DNA of 54,573 bases, from the sequence record SRR31156797_1806; one strand, written 5' to 3'. Each line of letters opens with the position of its first letter. Position 1 is the stretch's first letter. The translations under genes and the position numbers were made by a program. The notes beneath the pieces are model-generated. The model made no database searches. It had not been told where the DNA came from and worked only from the letters and a program-made list of their open reading frames with translations. Shown here piece after piece: positions 38,370 through 48,216 of the stretch.

Positions 38370-39350
38370 ATGAAGTTAACTAGCGTTAAAAAGGGCGTGT
38401 TCGTCGCTGTGAGTAGCCTTATGTTGTTTAATACAGCTTGGGCCTCAGATCCGCTTCCTTCGTGGAATGAAGGCGAAACCAAAGCTGCGATTATTCACTT
38501 TGTTGATACCGTAACCAATCCACAATCACCAGACTTTGTTCCTGTGGCTGAGCGTATCGCAACATTTGATAATGACGGTACGTTATGGTCAGAACAGCCG
38601 ATTTACTTTCAAGTTCAGTTCGCATTAGACCGAGTTAAAGCATTGGCTCCGACACACCCAAACTGGCAGACCGAAGAGCCGTTTGCCAGTGTGCTGAAGG
38701 GAGATCTGAAGAATTTGCATACTGAAGACCTCGTTAAAGTGCTGTATGCGACCCATGCAGGGATGGATACTGAAGAGTTTGACGCCATTGTTAAAGATTG
38801 GATAGCAACGGCTAAACACCCAGTAACTGGCAAAAAGTATCCAGAAATGGTGTTTCAACCGATGCTAGAGCTACTTGACTACTTCAGAGCCAATGACTTT
38901 AAAACCTTTATCGTATCAGGTGGTGGTACCGGATTTATGCGTGCTTGGGTGGAATCCGTGTATGGCATTCCACCAGAGCAAGTTGTGGGTTCAACGTTTA
39001 AAACCGAGTATGTTCTTGATAATGGCGTACCTAAAATCAATCGTTTACCTGAAATATTGGTGAATGACGATAAAGAAATGAAGGCTCTAGAGATTTACGA
39101 ACGTATTGGTCGTCGTCCCATCGCCGCTTTTGGTAACTCAGATGGTGACTTAGCGATGCTTCAGTGGACATATGCAGGGAAAGGCGTTCGTTTTCCAATG
39201 TATATTCATCATACCGATGAAAAGCGAGAGTATAAGTATGATCGCGAGTCGCACATTGGTCAGTTAAACAAAGGCCTCGATGAAGCGAAAGCGAAAAACT
39301 GGACGGTTGTGGATATGGCTAAGGACTGGAAAGTTATTTATCCCAATTAA
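38370..39350 (+). CDS. Secreted HAD-superfamily hydrolase/phosphatase
   Basis: Signal peptide; DPLPSWN; FDNDGTLW; VSGGG; FGNSDGD. Confidence 0.92.
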   Translation: MKLTSVKKGVFVAVSSLMLFNTAWASDPLPSWNEGETKAAIIHFVDTVTNPQSPDFVPVAERIATFDNDGTLWSEQPIYFQVQFALDRVKALAPTHPNWQTEEPFASVLKGDLKNLHTEDLVKVLYATHAGMDTEEFDAIVKDWIATAKHPVTGKKYPEMVFQPMLELLDYFRANDFKTFIVSGGGTGFMRAWVESVYGIPPEQVVGSTFKTEYVLDNGVPKINRLPEILVNDDKEMKALEIYERIGRRPIAAFGNSDGDLAMLQWTYAGKGVRFPMYIHHTDEKREYKYDRESHIGQLNKGLDEAKAKNWTVVDMAKDWKVIYPN

Positions 39351-39372
39351 ACCTAAGGGTTAATTCTTTTAT

Positions 39373-39404
39373 AGCCGCAGAGTGAATAGCTCTGCGGCTT
39401 TTTT
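39373..39404 (+). terminator. Terminator after HAD gene
   Basis: AGCCGCAGAG-tgaatag-CTCTGCGGCT-TTTTT. Confidence 0.88.
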
Positions 39405-39743
39405 GTTAGAAGAAATTCATTATTTCAGGGTTTTCTAAACTAATCGGTGTTGAACGGAAGAAGTCTTGGTAGAAAGTCACAATTAGGATGAAAGTAGGGA
39501 TGAAATACATAAGTCTAACTGACTGATATAACAATATATTATCGTCTAGTTTCTCAGAATGGTCGCAAATCTAAGAACCGTCTTCTAAACTCCCTAAGCT
39601 TAAGTATGAAATTGAATGCAGTGCAGATTGCTTCACATTTTGTTGAGTGATTATCGTAAATATTAGAGTCAAAGCACCTGAATAATTCCAAGAATCAGTT
39701 GGCTTTAAAACAGTTAGTTCTCAACAGGAAGGGGAGAAAGCAA

Positions 39744-40433
39744 ATGAAAAGAATGCTGAGTTTTTTTATGCTTATGGCATTTTCCGTATCGGCTAGCGCC
39801 GGATACATTGGTTCATCTAGTTATACCGTAGGTGGTGAGACTTTTAACATTACGAAAGTAAGAGCCTCCGATGGCAGTATTCAAGAATGGTTATTGGCGG
39901 CATACGACCGTAACTCATTAACCACGTCTATCGACGCGTGGACCTCATTGTCTCCTGAATTGGGTGATGGATGGGACGTAGCAACAACTGCGCAGGTGAA
40001 TGATTTACTGAGACTGTTAACTTTGGAAGAGACCGATATGACAGATGACGTACCGTCTTGGTATTCGGTTGCCAATGAAGCCGCGGGCGCATTCATTAGC
40101 CAAGTGATCAGTATGTCTGTCGCGAATGAATTGAACTCGCTGGGTGCAACATACTCAGACTTAATTTATTACGGTGATGACGGCGAAGGGATTCTGTTAG
40201 CCGAGTACATTGGTGACAGCTATGGGGTCGGCTTCCTAGATGACGATGGTGTCAATGATCTGCTACTGACTTATGTTGTACTAGGTTTTGGTCAACGAGT
40301 TGCTGGGGTAAAAGTTTCTGAGCCAGGTATGATTGGGATTATTGGACTGGCTTGTTTGATGTTAGGTGCGGCAAGTGTGCGTCGTAAGAACAAAAGCAAA
40401 GCGGAGTCTGCAGCATTACAAGTTGCAGTGTAA
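39744..40433 (+). CDS. Exported protein with PEP-CTERM-like (VSEP) C-terminal sorting signal
   Basis: GGGGAG SD, signal peptide MKRMLSFFMLMAFSVSASA|GYI; C-terminus VSEP + hydrophobic helix + RRKNKSK. Confidence 0.78.
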   Translation: MKRMLSFFMLMAFSVSASAGYIGSSSYTVGGETFNITKVRASDGSIQEWLLAAYDRNSLTTSIDAWTSLSPELGDGWDVATTAQVNDLLRLLTLEETDMTDDVPSWYSVANEAAGAFISQVISMSVANELNSLGATYSDLIYYGDDGEGILLAEYIGDSYGVGFLDDDGVNDLLLTYVVLGFGQRVAGVKVSEPGMIGIIGLACLMLGAASVRRKNKSKAESAALQVAV

Positions 40434-40577
40434 TCAAACAGGGATTGAGTTGATTTAATTACTTATCGATTCCAGTGAACAATATTCTTTGATGTTATCG
40501 AGCAAACCGAAGATAGGAAACTGTCTTCGGTTTTTTAACCTCAGTGTAAGCCGTACAGATTATCTGTGCGAAAAGTG

Positions 40578-41123
40578 TTAAACGACGCCTTCCTCGGGAA
40601 AAACTTGTGAAATGTCGACTAAAGACAGCCGAGTCGAAACCGCATTCAACGCTATGTTGTGAAGCATTTGATCGGTTGTGGTACAGCAATCTGAAACGAC
40701 CGACACTTTATACTTTTCCGCTTGCTTTGATATGGCGGTATGAGTCACACAGTTTTGGGTCATCATTCCACATATCAGCAGTTCATCAATATTCCATTCT
40801 TGCAGTTGTGCTTCTAGCTCGGTTTGGTAAAAGCTATCGGCATATCGCTTTTCTATGATTGGCGCATTGGGACTGTGCTTAATGATGTCTGGGTGTATTT
40901 CTACTCCCGCACTACCTTGCTCAAAGAAGGGCGCAGTGCCTTTAGGCGCTGAAGAGACATGCTTTATCAGCACCACAGGGATCTCACTCGCATTCGCTAG
41001 GGTGATCAATCTTTTTATATTCTCCAGCGTGCCGTTTGTATTCCAAAGAGGGAAGTTTCCGTCTGGAAAGTAGTCATTTTGTATATCGATAACAATGAGT
41101 GCTTTTGTGCTCATTTTACTCAC
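40578..41123 (-). CDS. Isochorismatase/cysteine hydrolase family
   Basis: ALIVIDIQNDYF, K..ADSF, CGMMTQNCV. Confidence 0.94.
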   Translation of the reverse strand: MSKMSTKALIVIDIQNDYFPDGNFPLWNTNGTLENIKRLITLANASEIPVVLIKHVSSAPKGTAPFFEQGSAGVEIHPDIIKHSPNAPIIEKRYADSFYQTELEAQLQEWNIDELLICGMMTQNCVTHTAISKQAEKYKVSVVSDCCTTTDQMLHNIALNAVSTRLSLVDISQVFPEEGVV

Positions 41124-41180
41124 CTTTGATGGTTCGGATGGATGGTGAAAATTATGAACAGTTTTCTTGGTGGTTTTTAG

Positions 41181-41216
41181 AGTCTAAAATGACATAAATG
41201 AGGCAATAAATGACAT
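41181..41216. promoter_or_regulatory. AraC/GlxA-type tandem site
   Basis: AAATGACAT at 41187 and 41208 (21-bp spacing) between hydrolase and GlxA regulator. Confidence 0.6.
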
Positions 41217-41228
41217 TTAAGGGAACGG

Positions 41229-42146
41229 ATGGAGTATGTACCAATTGCAATATGTGAATATCCTTCAGCGTTAAGGTCTGCGGTTTTTGGACTTGAAGAG
41301 ATGTTCATTCTTGCCAATAGAGTGTGTAAGGAGCAAGGAATCGAGGTGCAATTTGAACCCGTTATTGTTGCGGCTGGCGAGCGACCCGAAAAAAAGTTCT
41401 CGGTAATACTGCTGCCTCCAAGCTCTTTGGAACGTTATTATCTTGACCCTCATCAGGCGTTTATCAAATGGTTAAAAGATCATTACGCGCAGGGAACGGT
41501 GCTGGCAGCTGCTTGTGCTGGGGTGTTTATATTGGCAGCAACTCAATTTGTTGGTGAAAGAGAAGTAACCACGCACTGGGCACTGTCAGATTCCTTTCGT
41601 AATCAATATCCTGATGTGGCGCTTAACATTAATAAAATACTGATTGATCACGGTGATGTTGTCACTGCGGGTGGAATGATGTCGTGGTTGGATCTTGGGT
41701 TTGAACTGATTGCTAAATATTCTTCGCCAACGGTGGTTCGTCAACTCGGCAAAACATTAGTGATTGATACTGCACAAAGGGAACAAAGTTATTATCAGCA
41801 GTTTAAGCCATCATTCTCACATGGAGATTTAGCCATTGTTTCAGTTCAACAATTTATGCACCGCCACTATGCCTCTAGTTCACTGTCCATAAATCAGCTA
41901 GCGAAACAAGCGAACCTGACAGAACGAACGATGCAAAGACGCTTTTTTAAAGCGACGGGCTACAATCCAAGCCAGTACTTACAACGCCTCAGAACACAGC
42001 ATATTTGTGACTACTTAGAGAGTACTCAACACGCTTTCGAGTGGATTGCGAACCAAGTGGGTTACGAAGATGTGAGTGCTTGCCGAAAAGCGTTCATCAA
42101 TATTATTGGCATCACGCCCAGAGAATTTCGAAAACGATTTTGCTGA
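41229..42146 (+). CDS. GlxA family AraC regulator (DJ-1/PfpI + HTH)
   Basis: AACAGVFILA, TTHW, TAGG; C-terminal AraC HTH IANQVGYED...GITPREFR. Confidence 0.94.
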   Translation: MEYVPIAICEYPSALRSAVFGLEEMFILANRVCKEQGIEVQFEPVIVAAGERPEKKFSVILLPPSSLERYYLDPHQAFIKWLKDHYAQGTVLAAACAGVFILAATQFVGEREVTTHWALSDSFRNQYPDVALNINKILIDHGDVVTAGGMMSWLDLGFELIAKYSSPTVVRQLGKTLVIDTAQREQSYYQQFKPSFSHGDLAIVSVQQFMHRHYASSSLSINQLAKQANLTERTMQRRFFKATGYNPSQYLQRLRTQHICDYLESTQHAFEWIANQVGYEDVSACRKAFINIIGITPREFRKRFC

Positions 42147-42215
42147 ATGCTTTTACAATACCTACCCAATCAATAGGCGCAGAGGTGGCAACTACGCCTT
42201 TTAGTGTTGTTTAAG

Positions 42216-42650
42216 TTACGAACCGTTAGCGCACCAGTGCATCGTGATCTGTGGATGGCCAGTGTGTGCACAAAGACTTTCTTCGACAGCAGTAAAACCT
42301 TGATGAAGATAAAACTGATGGCTTTTCTGGTTTTGACTGTAAACCGTCAAATTTAGCTCGCTGTATTGATGCTTTAGAAAGTTAAGTAACTGGGTTCCAA
42401 CCCCTTGCGATTGAGCACTAGGAGTGACAAATATCGCTGGGATATCTCCTTGGTGATAAGAGATAAAACCTAGGATAGAGTGATCATTTTCATAAACCCA
42501 TGTTTCGCAGTTGGGTAGATAGAGATCGCGCATATTGGTTTTTTGTAAACGCCAGAATTCTTCGGAGATGAAGTCGTGGGCTTTGACTGAAGCAGAATAC
42601 CAGATAGAGACGACAGTATTAAGATCTTCTGCACATAATGGTCGAATCAT
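42216..42650 (-). CDS. GNAT acetyltransferase (YjaB/YiaC-like)
   Basis: AHDFI..FW, QSQGVG, N..SHQFYLHQGF. Confidence 0.9.
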   Translation of the reverse strand: MIRPLCAEDLNTVVSIWYSASVKAHDFISEEFWRLQKTNMRDLYLPNCETWVYENDHSILGFISYHQGDIPAIFVTPSAQSQGVGTQLLNFLKHQYSELNLTVYSQNQKSHQFYLHQGFTAVEESLCAHTGHPQITMHWCANGS

Positions 42651-42980
42651 GTTTACCTCGATTATTCAGAAATTATGGCAGACATTGTTGATTTCCAAGT
42701 GCTAACACGTCTGCCAAAAAATGACATTGGTGAAAGCACCTATCGCTCAAAAACTACTTGGCGTTTCCTTGGACTCTCAAGTTCGAAAATGATACTGCGA
42801 GCATATGAGATTTGCAATGAAATGAGCGGAGCTCGCTTTGAATCAAGACGAACAACCTGATTTTGAGGGTACATTGGGTGCACTAGGTAACAACATTGAT
42901 CATTGACAATTGTCTAACTCTACCATTGATATTAATGTTGGTAACATTCATCGGTGTTATAGATTGAGTAGACTTAAAGT

Positions 42981-44264
42981 ATGGGAAGTAACAGCAACTA
43001 CGATCACCTGGTCCATATAAAAAGTCATGATGAGTTAGCTTTGTATGAGCTTATTCCAAATGTGGTGTGGTTTTTTGACCTCGACAAACATGGTTGGTGG
43101 TGGGGAAATCAAGCCGCAGTAGATTTTTGGGGCTTAGACAATGTGCAGCAGCTTATTGATAAGGATTTATCTGGCGACACGCAAGGTGCAAAGGATAGAA
43201 CCGCTCAAACGTTTGAACTCGCGGCTAAAAATGGCCTCACCATCGATCCATGGACAACCTACCCCAATGGTGTTCCTAAAACCGTGTTTATGATGCATCG
43301 AGCGGTACTACTTGGTCCTGAGAAGCATCGTGGGATCATTGCATTCATTAATGAAAAAGTAGAGCTGGGTCAGCAGCCTGAAAACTTATTGTTGGTTGAA
43401 GCGATGCGTTATACCCGTGTTGCCGCGACAACCTTTACTGAAGCTGGAGATATAGTGATTGAAAATCCAGCCGCTACAGAAGCATACGCTCATTTAAACA
43501 CTAACCCCTTACCTGAAGGGCAAAGTGCTTTTGTTGCCCGCTTTGCTTGCCCAGAGCAGGGACGAGCGTGTCTCGATACTGCGATTGAAGAGAAGGGCGG
43601 TCGCTGGGATTATATTATGCGCACCGATCAAGGAGAGCGGCAGCATGCACTTGATATTCGCCGTACCCGCCATCCGCTGACAGGCGAGTTTTTGTTGCTG
43701 GTGGTTGAATATGATGTGACCGAACTCTATGACGCGTTGGCTGAAGTTGAGCAAGCGCGTAAACATTTACACGATATCGCGATGACCGATACTTTGACGC
43801 AAGTTTCCAGTCTTCACCACATGCAAGAAGTGGCTAAGCAGTTCTTAGAAGAAGCCATTGCTAAAGGGGAAAGTGTTAGAGCGCTATTTATTGATCTCGA
43901 CGGATTTAAACAGATCAATGATCAACATGGTCATGATATCGGCGATGAAGTGTTAAAAATTGTCGCTCAGCGGATTAAATCTGTTATTCGTCAATCGGAT
44001 ATATTGGCGCGGATTGGTGGCGATGAATTTGTAATTCTACAAGCGGGTGCGAGTGATACCGAAAGTATTGCTCAACGAACCCTGAATACATTAGCTGAAC
44101 CGATCGCCGTTGCGGGTGGGATTGTTAAAGTGCATGCGAGTATCGGTATTGCTTCCTATCCCGAGGATGCTGACAATCTAAAAGATCTCTTAAAAATGGC
44201 AGATGATGCCATGTATCAGGTGAAAAACTCCGGTAAAAACGCCTTCACGTTTGCTCAGTGTTAG
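42981..44264 (+). CDS. Cytoplasmic diguanylate cyclase with N-terminal PAS-like region
   Basis: IDLDGFKQIND.HGH.IGD, RQSD I-site, RIGGDEF; no TM segments. Confidence 0.92.
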   Translation: MGSNSNYDHLVHIKSHDELALYELIPNVVWFFDLDKHGWWWGNQAAVDFWGLDNVQQLIDKDLSGDTQGAKDRTAQTFELAAKNGLTIDPWTTYPNGVPKTVFMMHRAVLLGPEKHRGIIAFINEKVELGQQPENLLLVEAMRYTRVAATTFTEAGDIVIENPAATEAYAHLNTNPLPEGQSAFVARFACPEQGRACLDTAIEEKGGRWDYIMRTDQGERQHALDIRRTRHPLTGEFLLLVVEYDVTELYDALAEVEQARKHLHDIAMTDTLTQVSSLHHMQEVAKQFLEEAIAKGESVRALFIDLDGFKQINDQHGHDIGDEVLKIVAQRIKSVIRQSDILARIGGDEFVILQAGASDTESIAQRTLNTLAEPIAVAGGIVKVHASIGIASYPEDADNLKDLLKMADDAMYQVKNSGKNAFTFAQC

Positions 44265-44350
44265 ACCTGTTTTTCATCTCTTCGTATTGGGATGGCTAAA
44301 CTTCCTAGCCATCCAACATCTTCTATAAGCTTTCATTTGTGAACAAAGAA

Positions 44351-45250
44351 TTAGCTCTGGCTAAACTCCAGGTTCAGCCACGATTTTAGAGTCACAACAT
44401 TCTCATTATTGAGCTTTTCAGGCCGACAAACAAAGAAGAATGCCTGATAAGGGTTTTTAATTGGTTTTCCGATTTCTACTAGAAGACCATGCTTGATTTC
44501 ATCGCGAACGAATAAGCGGTGAGTCACGAAGATCCCTAACTTTCGTATCGCAGCTTGAATGGCATGCACTGAAGCAATGAAATTCAGATTGTTGTTATGT
44601 TTAGGAACCGTTACTGAGTTTCCTTCACACCACACAGCCCAGTCATGCTCTCTTCGAGGGTTTCGGGCGAAAATTGCAGGGTAGTGTTGCAGTAGTTCAG
44701 CTGCCGAAAGTTCACTATTAGTCGAATTCAGCAGCTCAGGGCTGCAGACCATCAACAATTCATCATCACCTAATTTCTCGCAATAGTAACTAGCCCATTC
44801 GTCAGCTTCGCCATGAATAATGGCTACATCGACGCCTTCTTGGTTGAAATCAAAACAGCCAACTAAGTTGGATAGACGGATGTCGACGTTGGGCGCGTAG
44901 TTTTGGAAATCAACCACTTTGGGCACCCACCAATGAATGGCCAGTGAGTTAATCATATTTAGCGTTATTCTATTTGACTGCGGTTGATGAGTCACCGCGG
45001 CTGTTGCATCGACAATGGTCTTTAACGCAGGAGCAACCTCACTATAGTACTTACGCCCAATTGCATTGAGCTGAACTTGTCTACCAACGCGCTGGAATAG
45101 CTGCTGCCCAACAAGAGATTCGAGGCTTTTTATCGCTTGGCTGACTGCCGAGTGGCTGACGTAGAGTAAATCTGCGGCTTCGGTCATGCTCCCGCTTTCT
45201 GCAACGGCGACAAATGCGTAAAGCGATTTTAGTGGTGGGTTACTTCTCAT
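44351..45250 (-). CDS. LysR family regulator (GcvA-like)
   Basis: PPLKSLYAFVAVAESGSMTEAA...SHSAVSQAIKSLE. Confidence 0.95.
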   Translation of the reverse strand: MRSNPPLKSLYAFVAVAESGSMTEAADLLYVSHSAVSQAIKSLESLVGQQLFQRVGRQVQLNAIGRKYYSEVAPALKTIVDATAAVTHQPQSNRITLNMINSLAIHWWVPKVVDFQNYAPNVDIRLSNLVGCFDFNQEGVDVAIIHGEADEWASYYCEKLGDDELLMVCSPELLNSTNSELSAAELLQHYPAIFARNPRREHDWAVWCEGNSVTVPKHNNNLNFIASVHAIQAAIRKLGIFVTHRLFVRDEIKHGLLVEIGKPIKNPYQAFFFVCRPEKLNNENVVTLKSWLNLEFSQS

Positions 45251-45345
45251 TTGTAAGTTTTTCTAACAGGTTTGTTTAAATATATTCGTTTTTTTCTCGG
45301 TTGTCATTCCCTTAGTATGGGCCCGTCAATAGAGAGGGTTTTATC

Positions 45346-46266
45346 TTGTTAAAAAGTAATGCGGTACCTTATATGCTTATTTCAACGTTCAGTTTGTCGT
45401 TAACTGGACTTCTGTTAAAAAAACTAACTGAAATGATAGGAATAGAACTCCTTACCTTCTTACGTTTCATCATACCGACACTATTACTCTTCGCGATGGT
45501 ATTGGTCGCTAGGCTGCCTTTCCCGCCTCGACGCGTAATAAAGCCGATTATTATCAGAGGGCTATGTATCGCGGCTTGCCAACTGTGTTTTATTGCTTCT
45601 TTGAATACCTTGTCGTTAGTTGAAAGTTCGGTACTGTTCTCTACTGGGCCGTTGTTTATTGCGGTGCTAGAAAGGCTGTTTTTTAACGTTCATATCCGAA
45701 CTGAAACGAAATTGGGTTTGGGCGCTACGTTTATCGGTGTGGTACTGCTCGCCGGAGATGTCACGGGGATTCAGTTCAAACCCGAACTTTTGCTTGGTTT
45801 GGCTGCGGGGCTGTTTAGTGCTGGATCGCAAGTGAGTTTGTTTCGAGCCAGTAAGAAAGAAGTTGAACCATCGGTACTCAACAGCTGGACGTTTCTCATC
45901 GCGGCGTTAGCTGTGCTTCCGTTATCATTTTTTTCTGGTTTGTCTGAAAGTGATGTGCATATAGTGATCGAACCTCACCTCCATATAATTGCGTGGCTGT
46001 GCCTTTTTGTGCTGTCTATATCAGTAGTGGCTAATCAAATCTTTCGTTCTAAAGCTTATCGATTGGCTGAAAGTGGCTCTCAACTCGCTCCGTTGATTTT
46101 TACCAGTTTGCTGTTCACCGCAATATGGCAGCTGCTGTTTTTTGATGAAACTTACTCAACCTATCAAATCGCGGGGATTACACTGATCATTGTTGCAGCG
46201 TTGTTGAACAAATTTGCTACTAAGTTGTTTAGATTCCTTTTCCAAACTCAAGCTCGTCATGCTTGA
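45346..46266 (+). CDS. DMT/EamA family transporter
   Basis: About 10 TM segments in two EamA repeats; divergent from LysR. Confidence 0.9.
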   Translation: MLKSNAVPYMLISTFSLSLTGLLLKKLTEMIGIELLTFLRFIIPTLLLFAMVLVARLPFPPRRVIKPIIIRGLCIAACQLCFIASLNTLSLVESSVLFSTGPLFIAVLERLFFNVHIRTETKLGLGATFIGVVLLAGDVTGIQFKPELLLGLAAGLFSAGSQVSLFRASKKEVEPSVLNSWTFLIAALAVLPLSFFSGLSESDVHIVIEPHLHIIAWLCLFVLSISVVANQIFRSKAYRLAESGSQLAPLIFTSLLFTAIWQLLFFDETYSTYQIAGITLIIVAALLNKFATKLFRFLFQTQARHA

Positions 46267-46354
46267 GCGTATTGGAAGATGAAAAGTTGAAAACAATGCG
46301 GGTTGTTCTGATAAACTCAGCCTTTAAATATAAGTACTGTAGGAACTCTCAGAA

Positions 46355-46576
46355 ATGAGCCAAGAACAACCCAAGAACCCACTGCACGGATTAACGCTAG
46401 AAATGATCCTTGTACGTTTACAAGAACATTACGGTTGGGAAGGATTGGACGAAAAAATCCAAATCAACTGTTTTTACAGTAATCCATCGATCAAATCTTC
46501 ACTAAAGTTTTTGCGCAGAACTCAATGGGCAAGAGATAAGGTTGAAGCCTTGTATATTGAGACTTTCTGCCGATAG
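46355..46576 (+). CDS. VF530/DUF2132 family small protein
   Basis: [41 protein letters not shown]. Confidence 0.92.
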   Translation: MSQEQPKNPLHGLTLEMILVRLQEHYGWEGLDEKIQINCFYSNPSIKSSLKFLRRTQWARDKVEALYIETFCR

Positions 46577-46619
46577 CCACATCGAACACCCATTCACAGA
46601 ACCCTTGAAGTAATCATAC

Positions 46620-47114
46620 ATGTCTAAAGATTTCGATTTCACTACCGAATACACGCTCGACAAACCCTTCTTTGCCGAGTGTTATGATCAGACTAGCCAG
46701 CCGACTAAGTTCCCTCAATCGTATCTGAAAGGGATGCTGTTTCTTGTTTTTGGCGTTGTTTTGTTAGAGTTTGAGTTGCTACCTAACGGTTATGTGGGTT
46801 GGTTCTTTATCGTATTGAGTGTTATTGAAGCGTTGAGTATTTACTTCAAGCGAACTTGGTGGTTATGGCGACAAACCATAAGCTCAAGCCGTGGTAGTAA
46901 AGTCGTGTTTCAAGTTAACGCGAGTGGTGTGAATTACAAAAGCGGCAAAATTGACCGCAGCATTGCCTGGAGTGAAATTGACCAACTTGAACAAACCGAT
47001 TTAGGTTTCATTCTTCATCTAGGTAAACAGCGTCAATATATCAGCAAGGCTTGTCTAAAAGACGAAATGATCGCGTTCATGGTTGAGCAACACGCCGCAT
47101 CAAAAGCGGTTTGA
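46620..47114 (+). CDS. YcxB-like membrane protein
   Basis: Two TM helices then WSEI...GFIL...YISK domain. Confidence 0.8.
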   Translation: MSKDFDFTTEYTLDKPFFAECYDQTSQPTKFPQSYLKGMLFLVFGVVLLEFELLPNGYVGWFFIVLSVIEALSIYFKRTWWLWRQTISSSRGSKVVFQVNASGVNYKSGKIDRSIAWSEIDQLEQTDLGFILHLGKQRQYISKACLKDEMIAFMVEQHAASKAV

Positions 47115-47150
47115 TGTTCCTATAAGTCCTAGTTTTCAAGTCTTCAGCAA

Positions 47151-47182
47151 ACAAAAAGCGAATCGTTCGGTTCGCTTTTTGT
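47151..47182. terminator. Bidirectional terminator
   Basis: ACAAAAAGCGAATCG-tt-CGGTTCGCTTTTTGT between convergent genes. Confidence 0.88.
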
Positions 47183-47205
47183 GATCTTGGATAAGCAGGA
47201 AAACA

Positions 47206-48120
47206 TCAATCATCAGATAGGCTAAGTAATAAGTTAATCAGCCAGTTTACTTTAGGCTCTTTCTCCCTGACCTTATGCCAATAGAGTTTTATTTGGTAAT
47301 CCGGAATTGGGAATGGGGGATCGACATAGGCCAATTGCAAAGTATCCGCTAAGGTTTCTATGTATATTTCGGGAATCGCAAGGAAATAGTCTGTATGTTT
47401 GAGTAAGTAAGGAGCACTTAGAACACTGGGTAATGTAATAGCGACCTTTCTTTTCTTGTTTAACTTACCAAGAGTACAGTCAACAATGCCTCTTTGCTCG
47501 TTCCAGGGCGTAACGAGCACATGTGGGTATTCCAGAAACGTCTCTAGCCCCAGCGAGCCACGGTTTCTTAATACTTCATGCTGGTTGTCCATTGCAATAG
47601 TGTATTTTCCGCACAACCAGATTTCATTACCTATATGACTTGATTGTTCCGTTTCATGATCAAAACCCAGCGAGATATCAATCTCCCCTGACTCAAGTTG
47701 TTTGGCTGGTATTTGCTCTCCACTTTGTACAAATCGTACCGTGATATTTGGAAAATATTGGGCGAGATGGCCCGTTAACTTAGGCATTAGACACCAAGCG
47801 CTAAAGTCGTAACCAGAAATGACAAAATGGTGCTTTCCGACACTAGGATCAAAAGGGGTCGCGCTTTTAAGTCCTGAGTATAATAAGTCAATGGCAGGAA
47901 TGATGGATTCGGCGAGCAGCTCTGCTTGTTTGGTTGGTATCATTTTGCCACTAATTCGAATGAAAAGTTCGTCATTGAGGCGTTCCCTTAATCGAGAAAG
48001 GCTATGGCTGCATGCAGATTGGCTGAGGTTCAGTTTTTCCGCCGCTTGGTGAACAGATTGTGTTTTATAGATGTAGTAGAAGACCTTCATTAAATTCAGG
48101 TCGATATTTTCTAATTTCAT
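47206..48120 (-). CDS. LysR family regulator
   Basis: IDLNLMKVF..SVHQAAEKLNLSQSACSHSLSRLRE. Confidence 0.95.
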   Translation of the reverse strand: MKLENIDLNLMKVFYYIYKTQSVHQAAEKLNLSQSACSHSLSRLRERLNDELFIRISGKMIPTKQAELLAESIIPAIDLLYSGLKSATPFDPSVGKHHFVISGYDFSAWCLMPKLTGHLAQYFPNITVRFVQSGEQIPAKQLESGEIDISLGFDHETEQSSHIGNEIWLCGKYTIAMDNQHEVLRNRGSLGLETFLEYPHVLVTPWNEQRGIVDCTLGKLNKKRKVAITLPSVLSAPYLLKHTDYFLAIPEIYIETLADTLQLAYVDPPFPIPDYQIKLYWHKVREKEPKVNWLINLLLSLSDD

Positions 48121-48216
48121 TATGAATACTATACAGATTAACCATGCAAAGAATGCACTTAAATCATATCAACTCAGTCGGTATACTGCGACCATTACAG
48201 TACATAAGGGCCAAAC

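Noticed and set aside
39540..39743. Sigma-54 promoter expected upstream of PEP-CTERM genes
   Set aside because: No correctly spaced TGGC-N-TTGC element found by eye
42675..42860. 61-aa intergenic ORF
   Set aside because: No SD or motif; lies in a divergent promoter region
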